This document shows, piece after piece, positions 50,723-64,000 of a stretch of DNA of 64,000 bases. Numbering within the stretch: position 1 is the stretch's first letter; each line of letters begins with the position of its first letter. The position numbers and the translations under genes were made by a program. The notes below the pieces were generated by a model, which worked only from the letters and a program-made list of their open reading frames with translations, was not told where the DNA came from and did no database searches. Source of the stretch: Azolla caroliniana (taxonomy: Eukaryota > Plantae > Polypodiophyta); the NCBI GenBank assembly GCA_043228905.1, contig JBHGNT010000018.1, forward strand, positions 5,766,001 to 5,830,000, in the 5' to 3' direction.

Positions 50723-53429
50723 ATACCGACTTTGTAAACCTAGTGTCAAGATGTTGTTGTAGGTACCATTTTTGAATAATATAGTTGTATTTTGGTGTGC
50801 CCCACAGTTTCCTCTCTCTCTACATTTGTTAATCTTTGTCTTGGAGTCTGTCTTTGTTTAATCTTGATTAATCTGTCTTGATCCTTCATCTTGTTAGTCT
50901 ATTGATATATATTGTTGGTTTTGCACCCTTACCTTCACGACCTCATCTCCAACATAAGGTATATGGTAGTCTGAATCCATTGGCTAACAATTTGGTGTGG
51001 AGACAAAACTTTGCCAATACATAGACATACTGCTCTTGGTGTTGCACACCTCGAGATTGTTCAATTGTCTATTGTCTTGTGAACAAGATGATGAAAAACA
51101 ATTGTCAACTACCTCAAGTTATTGATGTGTATGTTAACTACCAACATGAAATCTAATCACATATTTTCACAATTAACACTTATCACAAGATACTAAAAGA
51201 TTCAACAACGCTTAATCAATGGTGAAAAGAAATTACAAATAAGTAAGACATCACCAAAATGTCCCAACTTTGATTATCTACTTCTATGAGTAGTACAAAG
51301 GTGAAAGCTTACAATCTTTAAGAGATTAAGACTTTTTCTTAAAAGAGGATTATTTCAGAGTAGAGTGAGGATAAGATGAGAGAAATGAAGAGTCTATATA
51401 AAAAGTTTGCATTGTACCCTTTATAATTTCTTTATACTGTACATAATTATATATGTGTGTTTTCAGAATAGTAACCCATTTTATACATTTACTTTTATAC
51501 ACTTTTGGTGTTGAATGTGCATCCACTTTTGATCTTTTCTAGGTTTTCCCAACATCTAATAGGGACCTCTATATTTTCGAACCCATGCATTTGGAGTGAG
51601 ATGCCTAGTTGCTATCTAATGGAGATAGTCGGTGTTTGTAAAGAGAATGGTTGGTTGAAGCGAGAATAATTAGCTAGAGGTAACCATCGCACATATGAGA
51701 ATGCAAAGCTACATGTAGAGAATGGGAACATTAAGCTCACACACAAGAGCTTCTTGTTGGAGCTCTGGGGTAAACATAAAAACTTGGAGAGATATTGGGG
51801 TTTACTATAAAGAGCAAGTAACTAGAGATGAGAGTCACAAAGAGTTACTTGGGGAGAATGGAGCCATTTGCACATGTGACATCCAACATTGCATCTGTTA
51901 TTAGTGTGATCAAATAATCCAATGTTGACCTCCATAATCTATATTCCTAAGGTAGTTTGAATAATTGTTCCCAACATTGAATCTTACTATCTACAAAAAC
52001 ATATGAATAAGTCCTCTCTATCTATAACTTCTAGTGTTTCCTTATATGTTTTTGCTATGATTTGACTTAATTAAGTAATAAATTCTCATTGCATATGAAG
52101 TGTTTGATCTTGTGGCTATCATAATATACATGAAGCTGAAATCTGGGCCACAATAAGTTGGTATCACAATAAATCCAAACCAAATAGCATTGCCCATTTA
52201 GTTCTTTAGGATGGCAACTAATAAACAAACAAAGCATTGAGTGTGCATTGTAAATGTTTAAAGACAAGTTCAATTAATGCAGAATTAACACTATTACAAA
52301 ACATCATTGTATCATTAAGTTAAAATTATTTTGGACTTTACTACATTATAGCAATTATCTCAAGCTACCATTTTACACATAGAGCTAGACATGGCCACGA
52401 AAATGTGGACAACACGCGTAAGAATTTGGAAATGTTGCAACCATACAAATATATATGGACTATGTGTCAAATTAAGGATAGACATAGGCACACACATAAA
52501 TTACCTATTCAGTTGTGCCTTCTTTGATCCTTGCCTGCTCTTGGTAATTTGAGTCTCCTTTTCAGAGAATTGCAACATTTATTAGTGAACTTCTTGAGCA
52601 ATAAGAAGCACTAAATTCCCAATTAATACATGAATATATTTCAATTTTTGCTGCCATAGGACATATTTGACCCCTAATTATGATAATAAAAGCAATTTGT
52701 CTCTCAAAACAAGGGTAAGCACAGCAATTACAAAAGGTCAATTACTTCATATCCTTCCAAAAAAGCAAATTCAATCATGGCCCACATTTCGATTGGTAGA
52801 TTTGTCCACAAATGTGTGTAATCTACACCAAAAGTGGGATGCACATTCAACACCAATTCATTGTTTGTCCTCACATGGGAATAGGTTATCTCAAAATACA
52901 AGAATGAGCTCAACACCTCAATATTGCATGAATTATGAAAGTAGTGAGTGGAGTTACAAGTGTACTTATTTTAACATTCTCTAGCATATTGAGAACCTTG
53001 GAAGCTAGAACTCATATTATCTCTTGAAAATGTAATAATCATGATCGAGATGTTGAGATAGATTGTGGGCATGAGATCATGTCCTTTCCACAAACATTTC
53101 TTATGGATAACCCAAAATGCATAACATCCAGAGATGTAATACAAGATAGAAACTTTGGATTGTCTTCCAAATTGGGAATCATGGTGGCACTACAATCACA
53201 GAGAAGAAACAAGAATGATTAAAAAGCCCTAAATAACCACAAACAAAGACAAGCTTAGAATATGTAAGGTACACAAAACCACTTCTTCCAACATTACAGA
53301 TAGAAGAACACAATGGATCATACTATCACACTTATCAAATGAAATGCGTAGGAGAAAATTTCACAAATCTATATTGTTATAGTTGAAGGAGAGTGTTTTC
53401 ATGGCATTGCATACTCTAAGCTAGTTCAT

Positions 53430-53890
53430 GTTGTCAATGGTCATAGAGAGGGAAAACAAGATTGTCTGCAATATATGGCATACCCAAAAGGAGGTTGAGA
53501 TCACAGTGTCTATCTACTACACATATGTTTGTGCAAGTGATACACAAGCTATGAGAGATGGAAGGTGTGCCAAGTGCATGGTAGGTACACAAGTATGAAT
53601 GGAGCATATTTAACACTTAGCAAGTGATCACAATGTTAGCTACACATGTTTGTGCAAGTGATATACACAACTTGGAAGAGAAGGAAAGTGTGTTGAGTGC
53701 ATGGTAGTTATAGAGGTTTAACACAAGCATATTTAACACTTAGGATGCGATCACAATGTCTATGCAAAGCCTATGTGAATGGAGCATATTTAACACTTAG
53801 GGAGGCGATCACAATGTCTATGCAAAGTGACATAACGCGAGCTCAAAGAGAAGGAACGTGTGCCCAGTGCATTGTAGGTACGGGGTACAA
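53430..53890. repeat. Degenerate tandem repeats upstream of the transporter gene
   Basis: Repeated gcatatttaacacttag..gatcacaatgt and tgtgcaagtgata blocks. Confidence 0.55.
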
Positions 53891-54544
53891 AGGTCTTAAC
53901 AAAAGAGCCTTCTACGGCTTAGTAGGTGAGTTGTGGGTGGCGTAAGGCCGTGCCATTTCGTTGCTTCGACATGCAATGTAGGCTTCAGAGCGATGTACAC
54001 AAATGTCTTGAGCTTTCAGAGATACGAAGGGGGGAGAGGATAAGGCCGAACGCTAAGGAAACAAGGGTTCATCGGGTGGCCATGATGGGATCGAAGAGAA
54101 TGAATGATGAGAAGTCTAGGATGTTGGTGTGTTGTGCCTGCCCACCCACAGAAAGCATGGGGTGAATATTCATTTGTGGAGTGATTGGGCACATTCAAAA
54201 AAGTCCATATGCATATTCTGAAGAATATTCTCTTGAAAAGATCCCCCCCCCCCCCTTCCTCTGCCCCCACCCCATTACCATTTCTCCTCCACCTTCCTCT
54301 CAAGAAGAAGAAGAAGAAGAAGTAGCCGAATGACTATAACTACTTCTTCTACTTCTATTTCTTCTTCTTCTTCAGCTTCTTCTTCAGTAAGACAGAGACA
54401 GAGGCAGAGAAAGCCCCCCAATAACTCAGAAAAAAGAAAAGAAGCCAAAATTATAAATAAAGAAAGAGAAAAGAAGAAGGAAAACAAAACAAAAAAAACA
54501 AAAAAAACAGAAAAACTCTGGTTTCTGTCCAAGTTACTCTTCTG

Positions 54545-56506
54545 ATGGAGACGAAGAAAGCTGAAGGGAATTCGGTTAATAAAGGTAAGAAAGGAATTCC
54601 TCCTGGTATAGCCCTCCTTCCAAGCATCAACAGCATCTTCTTCTTGAGGAGGAAGAAGAAGACAGGCGTCAATCAGGATGAAGTTGAGATTCTGAGAATC
54701 AAGACCTACAGATCCTCTGTGCTTTTGCTCACCTTCCTTGCTTATGCTCTCTTCCATGCCTCACGGAAGCCCCCAAGCGTTGTGAAGAATGCTCTCACAT
54801 CCGATGATGATGATGTTGCTGCTGCTCTGCAGGATTCCTTCAGCCTCAATGTATTTGATCATCATCGTCATCATCACACTGACAATTTCACCTCCCTAGC
54901 GAGATCCAAGCCTCCTGATAATCAGATCCCATGGCCCCTTCATGTAATCTACACAGTAAGGACAGAGGCTGAGGCTGGATTGAGCTTAAATACCACTTCT
55001 TCATTGTCATCATTATCATCATCATCATCGAGCGGATGGGCGCCTTTCAATGGTACCTCAGGGACATCTCTCTTGGGCGATGTGGATGTCGCCTTCTTGG
55101 CCGCCTATTCGATGTCCATGTTCGTGGCAGGCCATCTGGGCGACCGTGTCGACCTCCGCTGGTTCCTCTCGGGCGGCATGGTGGCCAGCGGGGCCTGCGT
55201 TTGCCTCTTCGGATTTGCCTATTGGTGGGATATCCACTGGCTCGCCTACTTCTTCATCGTCCAGATCATGGGCGGGTTCGTGCAAGCCACGGGCTGGCCG
55301 GCGGTCGTGGCCGTGGTCGGGAATTGGTTCGGGAAGTCGAAGCGTGGCCTCATCATGGGCGTGTGGAATGCACACACATCGGTGGGGAACATATGCGGGA
55401 CTTTGATGGCCTCCTCGGTACTAGGCTATGGATGGGGATGGTCTTTCTTGGTCCCGGGCATGGCCATCATCATTGGTGGAGTGATTATGTTCTTGTTCCT
55501 AGTGGTGGAGCCCGAGATAGTGGGCATTGCGTCGCCACACGAGCCCCAGCCCAAGCCGATGAATGATGATGACCTTGAGAAGGAACCCCTTCTCAAAGGA
55601 GGAGAACAAAATCATCATCATGGTTCCTATGAACCTGATGAAGATAACTACGACAGGCATGCCGCGGTCGGGTTCTTGCAGGCATGGGCGATCCCACGAG
55701 TAGCGCCATTCGCATTTTGTCTCTTCTTCGCAAAGCTCGTGGCCTATACATTCCTCTACTGGCTTCCATTTTACATCAAACATACAGGTATATATATATT
55801 GAGATACTTCTGGAATCTCATCTAATTGGGCAGAGAAATCCCGAACTCCGGGCGGGAAAATGTGCCTGTCTGAGATCGATCGGACTCTAGTAGATCTATC
55901 TTTTTTACTTTTTCTTTTTGAAAAGCCTGATTGTTTCTGTTGTGTGCAGAAATAGCTGGGGTGTATCTATCAAGTACCGCGGCCGGGAATCTTTCAACTG
56001 TGTTCGACATTGGTGGGACGATTGGCGGCATCCTGGCCGGGTACATCTCGGACAGGATGAATTCCCGGGCCATTGTTGCGGCGTCCTTCATATACACGGC
56101 ATTGCCCGCCCTCCTGTTCTACCGTGTGTTTGGGAGCGAATCCTTCTGGCTCAATGGCCTCCTATTGTTCATCGCAGGCGTGTGCGTGAATGGGCCCTAT
56201 GCTCTTATAACGACCGCGGTCGCGGCCGATCTTGGCACGCACGAGTCATTGAGAGGGAGCTCCAAGGCATTGGCCACGGTCACGGCCATCATCGATGGGA
56301 CGGGGTCCATCGGCGCGGCCGCAGGGCCCTTGTTGACCGGATACCTCTCGGAATTGTACGGATGGAATTCCGTGTTTATCATGCTCATGATATCGGCCGT
56401 GCTCTCGGGGTTGCTCTTAACCGGCCTAGTCATCGAAGAGTTCAAAGAGTCGGCCAGAAATGCAAAGGCTAGGAATAGGGGGAGGGATGATGGACAACTC
56501 TATTAA
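54545..56506 (+). CDS. G3Pp: Glycerol-3-phosphate/phosphate transporter (MFS, OPA/GlpT-SLC37 family); exons 54545-55787 and 55950-56506, 599 aa
   Basis: FHASRKPPSVVK, GWAPF, GHLGDRVDLR, GWPAVVAVVGNWFGK, GVWNAHTSVGNI, KLVAYTFLYWLP, NGPYALITTAVAADLG, AIIDGTGSIGAA; GT-AG intron 55788-55949 in phase 1. Confidence 0.95.
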
Positions 56507-59500
56507 TTCATTCAGCACACCTTTGGACGTTTTCACACACATGAGCTAGATCGTTAGCCATGAAAAGTCACTCCCTATATATATATATATATATGTATAT
56601 AAATATTCACCCCCTTAGGGGAGAGGGTCTAACCCCCAAAGTTTTTATGGACTGATTCCTTTTCCGCATTCCCTTGTGGACGATAGAAAAGCTTTCTCGA
56701 TCTTGTGAGTTGAGGGTGCAACAATGTGTGTGTGTTGAGGTGGGGGTGGGGTATAAGGTGGGTATGGACGGACACGTATAGACAAATGATAGATTCTTTG
56801 TAGTTCACCAAGACCATCAAGGATAATGTATAGAATTTGAATCCTTGGGAATTTGACACGACCATCGCCTCCTCGTCTCTGGTGTATTTTGCTAATAAAG
56901 ATGGCACTCTTATCTTACATTTTGCTCTACAAACACCCTTAGCACCATTTAAAACAAGAGTCATCGACCCCCACACACACACAGAAATGCAATAATGGAA
57001 ATGTGCCTTTGTGTGATATGAGAATAATGGTTTGGCATTTTGTACTAAAAAAACAACCATAAGAAAATAAAGTGTTCCTTATTGTAAGTATTGAACCCGA
57101 CTCAATCTCAAAATAGCCCAAGTTGAATTCAATAAAGCTTTTGGCATTTCTTTTGGACTTATCTTCAAAAGTCTGCCCAAGAAAATCGGAATTGAGACGT
57201 GTGTCTAAATGGAATGTGACGTGTTTTAATGGAACACATGTCCTTCGTGTAATGTTTGTTGCCAATACGTTACAATTACCCTTGGGTTCGTTAAAATCGA
57301 ATCTATGTTGTCAATACAAAATTTGTCCCTTTAGGTCGTTAAAAGTGAATTTGAAAAGTCTTTTACTTGTAGGCGCATATGATCTCGGACCCAAAACAAC
57401 ACTATCTTTTTATAACGAATTCAATGTCAAACTTATTCCTTGGAACTTCAATTGGCAAGGTTTCCATATAAAAAATTAAGGCTTTTAATAAGGTGGCACA
57501 TGAACCTAGAAGTGTGAATGAACTTTTAGTTTGAATTGATGGCGACGACTAAAGGCCAGTTTGCATATATTAAGTCCATGCTTTATATCGTGATTTAGCA
57601 CTTAATTTCTTGTTCTAAAGTGAGATTTATGATGTTTTCTTATAATTTCTTGTTGGAAAGTCATGTTCATAATGTTTTCTTAAAAACAAAGGTCGTCTAT
57701 CATTAACGCCTCTCCTCAAAAGGATGGTCTAATAAATAGCCTTTCATTAAGATGGTTTCATACCACAACAATGAAATTGTCACTAGCTTTAAATCTCTTC
57801 CAAGCGAAGGGTGATAGGACTCCATGCAGAAGGAAAATGTTCACTCTGACTCTTAGCTCCCATCTCAACATAATCAACCAATCAAAAGCAAAACATCTAT
57901 TGTAAGAATTTTCTATTGACAAGAAACCCTTATATTACAAGGGGCACGATAATAGGATGATTAGTGTGATACATTTCATAACGGTATTCCTTTGGAACAA
58001 AAGAAATCTAGATGATGGGAATACATAATGGTGGGATCCAAAGTTACCACTAGGGAAATGCTTTGTATAATACCCTAATGTATTGGTATTAGACTTACAT
58101 GGTATCTTTCCAATGGGTGAACATGTGAATGTATTTGTGATGAAATATTGCAATGGGTCTCTTGTTTTTTATGAGATCTAACTAATGGATTAAAGCAATT
58201 TAGCCACTTATCATACCAAACTACAATTATTATGTCTCATACGCCTTAACATATATCTAGCTAAATCACAGAGTGACTCACATGCGTTTATCTCTACCAT
58301 TAGCTATTTGATTTTAACATTTGAAACAAGGAAACATACCAATCAAAGTTTACAACCAAGGTTAAAGACCAACTCTAATTTTTCATGATATCAATTATGA
58401 TTAAATGCTTTTGTAGATTCCTTTCTCTCTAATAGATACCATTATTACAAGAGAAACTATATCCAATAGCAAGATTGATGTGGATAGTATTGTTTCCACT
58501 TCTTGTGCAATGTAAGAGATAAACATTTTTTGTCTATATCAAAACCAAAGAGAGCAAAACCATGTCGAGCAAACATTCCCTATATGTAAAAAATGTTGTT
58601 TCTTGCATAACTTGAATTACATTTCCTCTCTCCTTCAAAAGGAGCTGAAAATGTTAAATTTTGGTTTCCTTTAAATGGAATACACCTAACCATTTTGAAA
58701 CATTTCTAATATTATCTCATCCTCAATTGGTTACCATTTTCGAAAAGGCACACATTCGCAAGGAAAGATGATAAAGATGAGGGATAATGCAACGTTACAA
58801 TGCTGGTAGACTATTGGAACATTGGTATGAGAATTGACGTAGTTGAAACCAAATGGCATCATCGATAGGTAGATCTAGGTTGAAAACTTGATATCTAATT
58901 TGTTCGAATATGAAATGAAATAAAGTCACTAGAGTGGTATCGCAAGCGCGAAATGCAAGTGAGACCACTGAGGACTTCAACCATAAAGGACGGGAATGAC
59001 AAAGTACTCATAGTTGTTCAATTCTATGTTCGGTTTCTTTTGGGAAATTATGATCACCTTACTTTTCATAATTATGTACTTACGAAATCTCTTGTATATG
59101 AGAGTGTACAAGTGTGCACATATCTACTTTTATATCAAGAAGTTTGTATGTTTGTATTTTTTATGTGCAAGCTAATATTAGATAACATGTATGTATATAT
59201 GTGTGCATGTAAAAGAGGGAGTGGAAAAGAATAGGTAAGAGGGGAAAATAAAAGAGAAGGGTGGGAAAACAAACAAACAAACAAAGAAGTAATGTAAATG
59301 GGGGAAAGATAACGAGAGTAAGAAGAACAAAAAATAGAGATTGCCTAGATGGATGTAGCTTAGTTAGTAAGGTTGCCCAATGGAGACCATGTGGTCATGG
59401 CTCAACCCCTACATTCCACAGTGGAATCTAGTGAAATAAGAGATATATATGGTGTAATAGAGAGGAGAGAAAATTGGGTTTCAAACCCAAGATGTAGTGG

Positions 59501-59582
59501 TAGTAGTGTAAAAGACTTAAGCTAATTACAATAAAAAAAAGAAAGAGATGTGAGCATCAATTGTTGAAGTAGAACGAAAGAC

Positions 59583-62500
59583 TGTGACGAACGATGACAT
59601 GCGGCGGTTTAATCCTCATGCTCGAAAATATTCGAAAGTAAAGTTTTCAATCCTCCTTTTCGAGTGTGCTGTGGTGGATGGAACATAGCCGGTTTGACTC
59701 CCACTGTCCAAAAATTTACATGTCCAAGCAACAATTTTGCTTATGGGTCAAAATCGAGATCCAAAAATTTTGTTGGGACCGAGAGCTTCGATTTAGCCCC
59801 AAATTCTAGTAATAATTTGGATATTCGTTTTTCGCCAATTTAGCTCCAAAATTGAGCTTGAAATTTTGAGCTTAAAAGTTATGTGGACATGCTTTGGAAT
59901 CGATCCCTCATTGTTTTTGGAATTGCGCAAAGTCGATTAGCATTTGGGGTAGAAGTCTCAAGATCGTGGCAACTTGCGGTGTGACTGGGAAAGTTGTGTG
60001 GGGGTTCTTATAGGGTTTGACGTTAACAGGGGAAGGCTGGGTGGAACAGTTAAAACCGCAAGGTCATGGATTTATAGTGTGTTAGAGTGATGATCTAATA
60101 TAAGCATATGATAAGGATATAATATATTTGAAATAAGAAAGGAGAGAGAGAAAGAAGGGTGCCGATCCACCCGACCACCCCCAAGAGAAGGGATCGAGAC
60201 AACCTTGAGCCTCGATCGGCATCCCATACCACTGCCGTGGTGTCGAGTCGTACCTGGTGCTGGTGCTCACTACAAGACTTGACCCACCACGAAACAGAGT
60301 CTTGACGTAGTCAAGAAATGATGAAATGAGGGTAGCTAGGCCTCATATTTATAGCGAGACCCAAGGTCCCAGGCTAGTTCACACTTGGCCTAATGGGTTG
60401 TCTCAATCCCAAGGAATAAAAGTAATGCTCCCCTTCTTTACACTCTCGTTTAACCCTCACACTTATCCACGTGTATAGGATACTACGGTAAATTCTCACC
60501 ACGGGATATTATCTGGCCATGCCCGTAACATACTCCCCCTCTTTAAAACATTGCACTCTTGCAATGGAAAGTTAGGGAAGTTAGTTCTAAGAGTATTTTC
60601 GTGTTCCCATGCGGCATCTTTGATAGATTTATCCATCCATTTTATTTTGAATTCTCGGATTATTTTAGTATGCAGATTTTTTGTTTTAACATCGAGAATT
60701 CTTTCTGGTACATGTGGTTTAGAAGATAATTCTTCAGAAGTAACTAGAGTTTAAGTTGTAACTGTATTGTTGCCAAAACCTAAAAGTTCTTTTAGACGAC
60801 TTACATGAAAATTTGGATGAATTTCAACGCCATCGCGGAGAGTGAGACGATAGGCTGATGAACCAATGCATTTGAGGACTTGAAAAGGTTCACAACCGTG
60901 GGTCACATTACCCGTAGAAAATGTCTTAGAATTGTGAGGTACACGTAAAAATGCCTTCTATCCAGGGTTGAATACACAAGGTTACTTATTATGATCGGCG
61001 TAAAAACGCGCTCTATCTTGAGCTGTTTTTAAATTATTTTGTGCAATATGCAACATATCTTGCATATCTTAAGGAAAGTTTTGCGTACTGCGCAACTCAT
61101 CATGATGTATATTAACATCAATCGGGGCTCGTTGTTGAAAACCATACATCAACATAAAAGGACTATATCCTGTCGACGTATGCTTGGAGCTGTTATAAGC
61201 AAGTTACTCCAAAATTGGGAGAAAATGTTCCCATTTTTTTGGTTTTGCGCCAGCGTATGCTCGAAGCATGTCCTCAATAATTTGATTTACTCATTCTGTT
61301 TGTCCATCGGATTGAGGATGATTTGTGGAGCTCATGCTCAACGTAGTTTCTAACTTCTTAAAGACTTACTTGCATCCAGAAGTCACTAGTAAACTTTGGA
61401 TCTCGATCACTCAAGATATCCATTGGTAACCCATAAAAACGAAATAACTCATAAATGAATTGGTAAGCCAATTCAGGAGCTGTGTTTTAGTAGCAATAAA
61501 TCTGGCCATTTTAGTTAGTCTATCAACCACAACCCATATGGCATCATGGCCTTTTTGGGTGCGAGGAAGGCTAACAATAAAATCCATGGATGTGCTTTCC
61601 CACTTATTATTGGGAATGTCCAAGGGATGTAAAAGTCGCTCGGCTTTGTTAACCTGACATTGGTGACATTTAGTCACATAACTATGTATGTCAGGACACA
61701 TCTTAGGCCAATAGAATTGAGTGGAGATGAGAACAAGTGTACGATGTATTCCAAGGTGCCCTGTTGAGGGTGCATCATGGCATTAAAAAAGAATTCTCTT
61801 TTTGACCTCAGGAAAATCTAGAACACAAACCTTCCCATTACGGTAGAGCAGACCGCTAGCAATGTGGAAGGATTCCTTTGAGGATGTGGTGGTGTCTGTT
61901 CTAGACTCAACTCTTGCCTAGTCTTTCGCATAATAACTGTCATCAAAAACTTTCCTCAAAGGTGATCATAAAGATTAGATGTTATTTCAGTCACGCTAAG
62001 CATGTTAACTTCACGGATGCGACTTAGTGCATCAGTGACAATGTTCATGGAACCTTTACGATATCGAATGGAAAAATCAAAGTCCTGGATGAGATCAGTC
62101 CATCATGCCTTACGACCTTTCAGGTCTTGTTGGTCATAGAAATATTTCAAGGACTCGTGGTTCATAGTTACCACAAAACGATTTCCATAAAGATAATGGC
62201 GCCATGTTTTGAACGCATGTATAACTGCAAATAATTCCTTTTCTTGAACAATATACCGACATTGAGGAGAATCAAGTTTCTTACTCTCAAATGCTATTGG
62301 TTTACCGTCTTGATATAAGATAGCACCTATACCATAATCGCTTGCATTGGTTTCAACCTCAAAAGGTTTTGAAGGATCAGGTAAAAGAAGCGAAGGAGCC
62401 TTGCACACCAGGTCCTTGAGTTCTTTAAAGGAGGTCTAGTGTAGCATTCCACACAATAGGTTTTGTAAACTTATGCATTTGACCTTTTAGAAGATCAGTA

Positions 62501-64000
62501 AATGGCGTCGTCAATTGGGAGTAATTATGAAGTGATTTTCGCAAAAACCCGACAAAACCAAGGAATGATCAAACTTCTGGAATATTCCAAAGAGTGGGCC
62601 AAAGTTTGATTTTCTCGATGCGAGAAGGATCAATTTCAACTCCTCGTTTGGTTATGAGATGTCCAAGATAAGTAATTGATTTCTTGAAGAACTTGCATTT
62701 TGAGATCTTCGCATAGAATTGCTTGTCACGCAATGTTTGCAAAACAAAGCGGACATGTTTAGCACGTTCTTCTAATGTACGACTATAAACTAGAATATCA
62801 ACCAAGAAAATAAAGACAAATATTCCAAGTTGTTCTCAGAAAATGTCATTCATTTCTTGTTGAAATGTGGCCGGAGCATTGGTCAAACCAGAAGGCATAA
62901 CCAAAAACTCATAATGGCCATAGCGCATACGAAATGATGTTTTAGGAACATCTCCTCACTTATACGAATTTGATGGTAGCCCGTACGGAGATCAAGTTTC
63001 GTAAAATACTAAGCTCCCTAAAGACCGTCAATTAGATCATCAACCCGGGGCAATGGATATGAATTCTTGATCGTCACTTTATTCAAGCGTCGGTAATTAA
63101 TACACATACGCCATGTGCCCTCTTTCTTTTTTTACCAAGAGAACAGGTGCACCCTATGGAGATATACTATAACGTATATAACCCATTCGTAAATAGTCAT
63201 TGACTTGGTTAGATACCTCATTCTCTTCCGATCTACTAAAGCAATACAGAGGTCTTATTGGTGCAACACTAGGTACAATATATATACGATGGCCTATATT
63301 ACGTTTAGGAAGTAACCCATGTGGTAGTTCACTTGGAAAAACATCACGAAAATCATTTAAGATTTCATTGAGTTGTTGTTGTTCCAAATATGATAATTGA
63401 ACTGAGACATTATCGATATTGTAAATGTGAATGTTTGGATCAAGTACACAATAAAATAAAGTAGAACAAGAAAACTCGGATATTGATGGAGAGGAAACAA
63501 TCGAAAGAGATTGTTGTTTAACACATTGAATAAAATGAGTACAATTGTTCAATACAAAATAAATTGAATGATGAACCCAGTCAATAGATAAAGAAGAGTT
63601 TTTATTAAAAAACCTGGGATAACCCAATATTACATTAGTGGTACAAAGATTCATTACATGGAAGTCTACTTCCTCTATATAAGTATCAATAGAAATTCCT
63701 AATGAATGAATCACCCCATTGAGGTATTGTACTCTTCCATCAGCCAAGTGCATCCTATAGGTGTGATCACTTACGGTGGGTTGGATTCCCCATATATGAA
63801 CCAAACGATCATTCACAAAATTGTGTGAGCTTCCCGAATCAAATAAAAATTGTATGGGAGATCCATTGATATACCTGTTTGCACGTAGTAAATCATTGGG
63901 TCCCAATACATAGTGAGGGAAAGAACATTGACAATTACTTAAATGATGTGTATAGACCTCAAGGACATTAGGAATCTGACCTTTATGGTCTGCAACTTTT
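59583..64000 (-). mobile_element. Chromovirus-type Ty3/gypsy running off the window: protease, RT, RNase H, integrase, chromodomain, PPT and 3' LTR 59583-60530
   Basis: FDSGSSHNF; YEFLVMP; ETNASDYGIGAIL..EKELFAV; MDFIVSLP..VVDRLTKMA; IKWMDKSIKDAAWE; AGGGGGAGTA|TGTTACG; LTR ends CGTCACA. Confidence 0.9.

Noticed and set aside
52030-53400. Possible decayed coding sequence on the minus strand
   Set aside because: Coding-like fragments, but many stops and no motif I can assign.
55036-56472. Long alternative-frame and antisense ORFs over the transporter gene and retroelement pol regions
   Set aside because: Expected shadows of GC-rich coding sequence; no independent evidence.
57900-58990. Possible LINE remnant (ETKI*HFQLLL resembles zf-RVT)
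   Set aside because: Too degenerate to support without a profile search.
59349-59420. tRNA-like sequence GGATGTAGCTTAGTTAGTAAGG
   Set aside because: A-box-like start only; B-box and cloverleaf are broken, so at most a SINE relic.

Overview
Eukaryotic, land-plant-type genomic DNA (spliceosomal introns, a plant G3Pp transporter gene, Ty1/copia and Ty3/gypsy elements; a fern or other non-seed plant is plausible but not provable from sequence alone). About 80% of the window is a deeply nested stack of decayed transposons, several with recoverable LTRs, PBS/PPT and target-site duplications. The only clearly ordinary host gene is a two-exon glycerol-3-phosphate/phosphate MFS transporter (54545-56506). 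The most unusual content: (1) a spliced, stop-free, bacterial-type beta-class DNA amino-methyltransferase gene (6mA/4mC type; 5282-~7235, minus). A diverged remnant of its 3' end recurs at 15685-15890 next to the same terminal motif, indicating a DNA-transposon family that carries a DNA methyltransferase. (2) A complete 12.3-kb Sola2-type DNA transposon (18827-31162; GGG..CCC TIRs, 4-bp TSD) with an intron-containing transposase and a convergent multi-exon RING-finger passenger gene. (3) A BRCT-domain host gene copy lying antisense between two related LTRs and later split by a 26-kb nested insertion. All calls were made by eye; no database searches were run.
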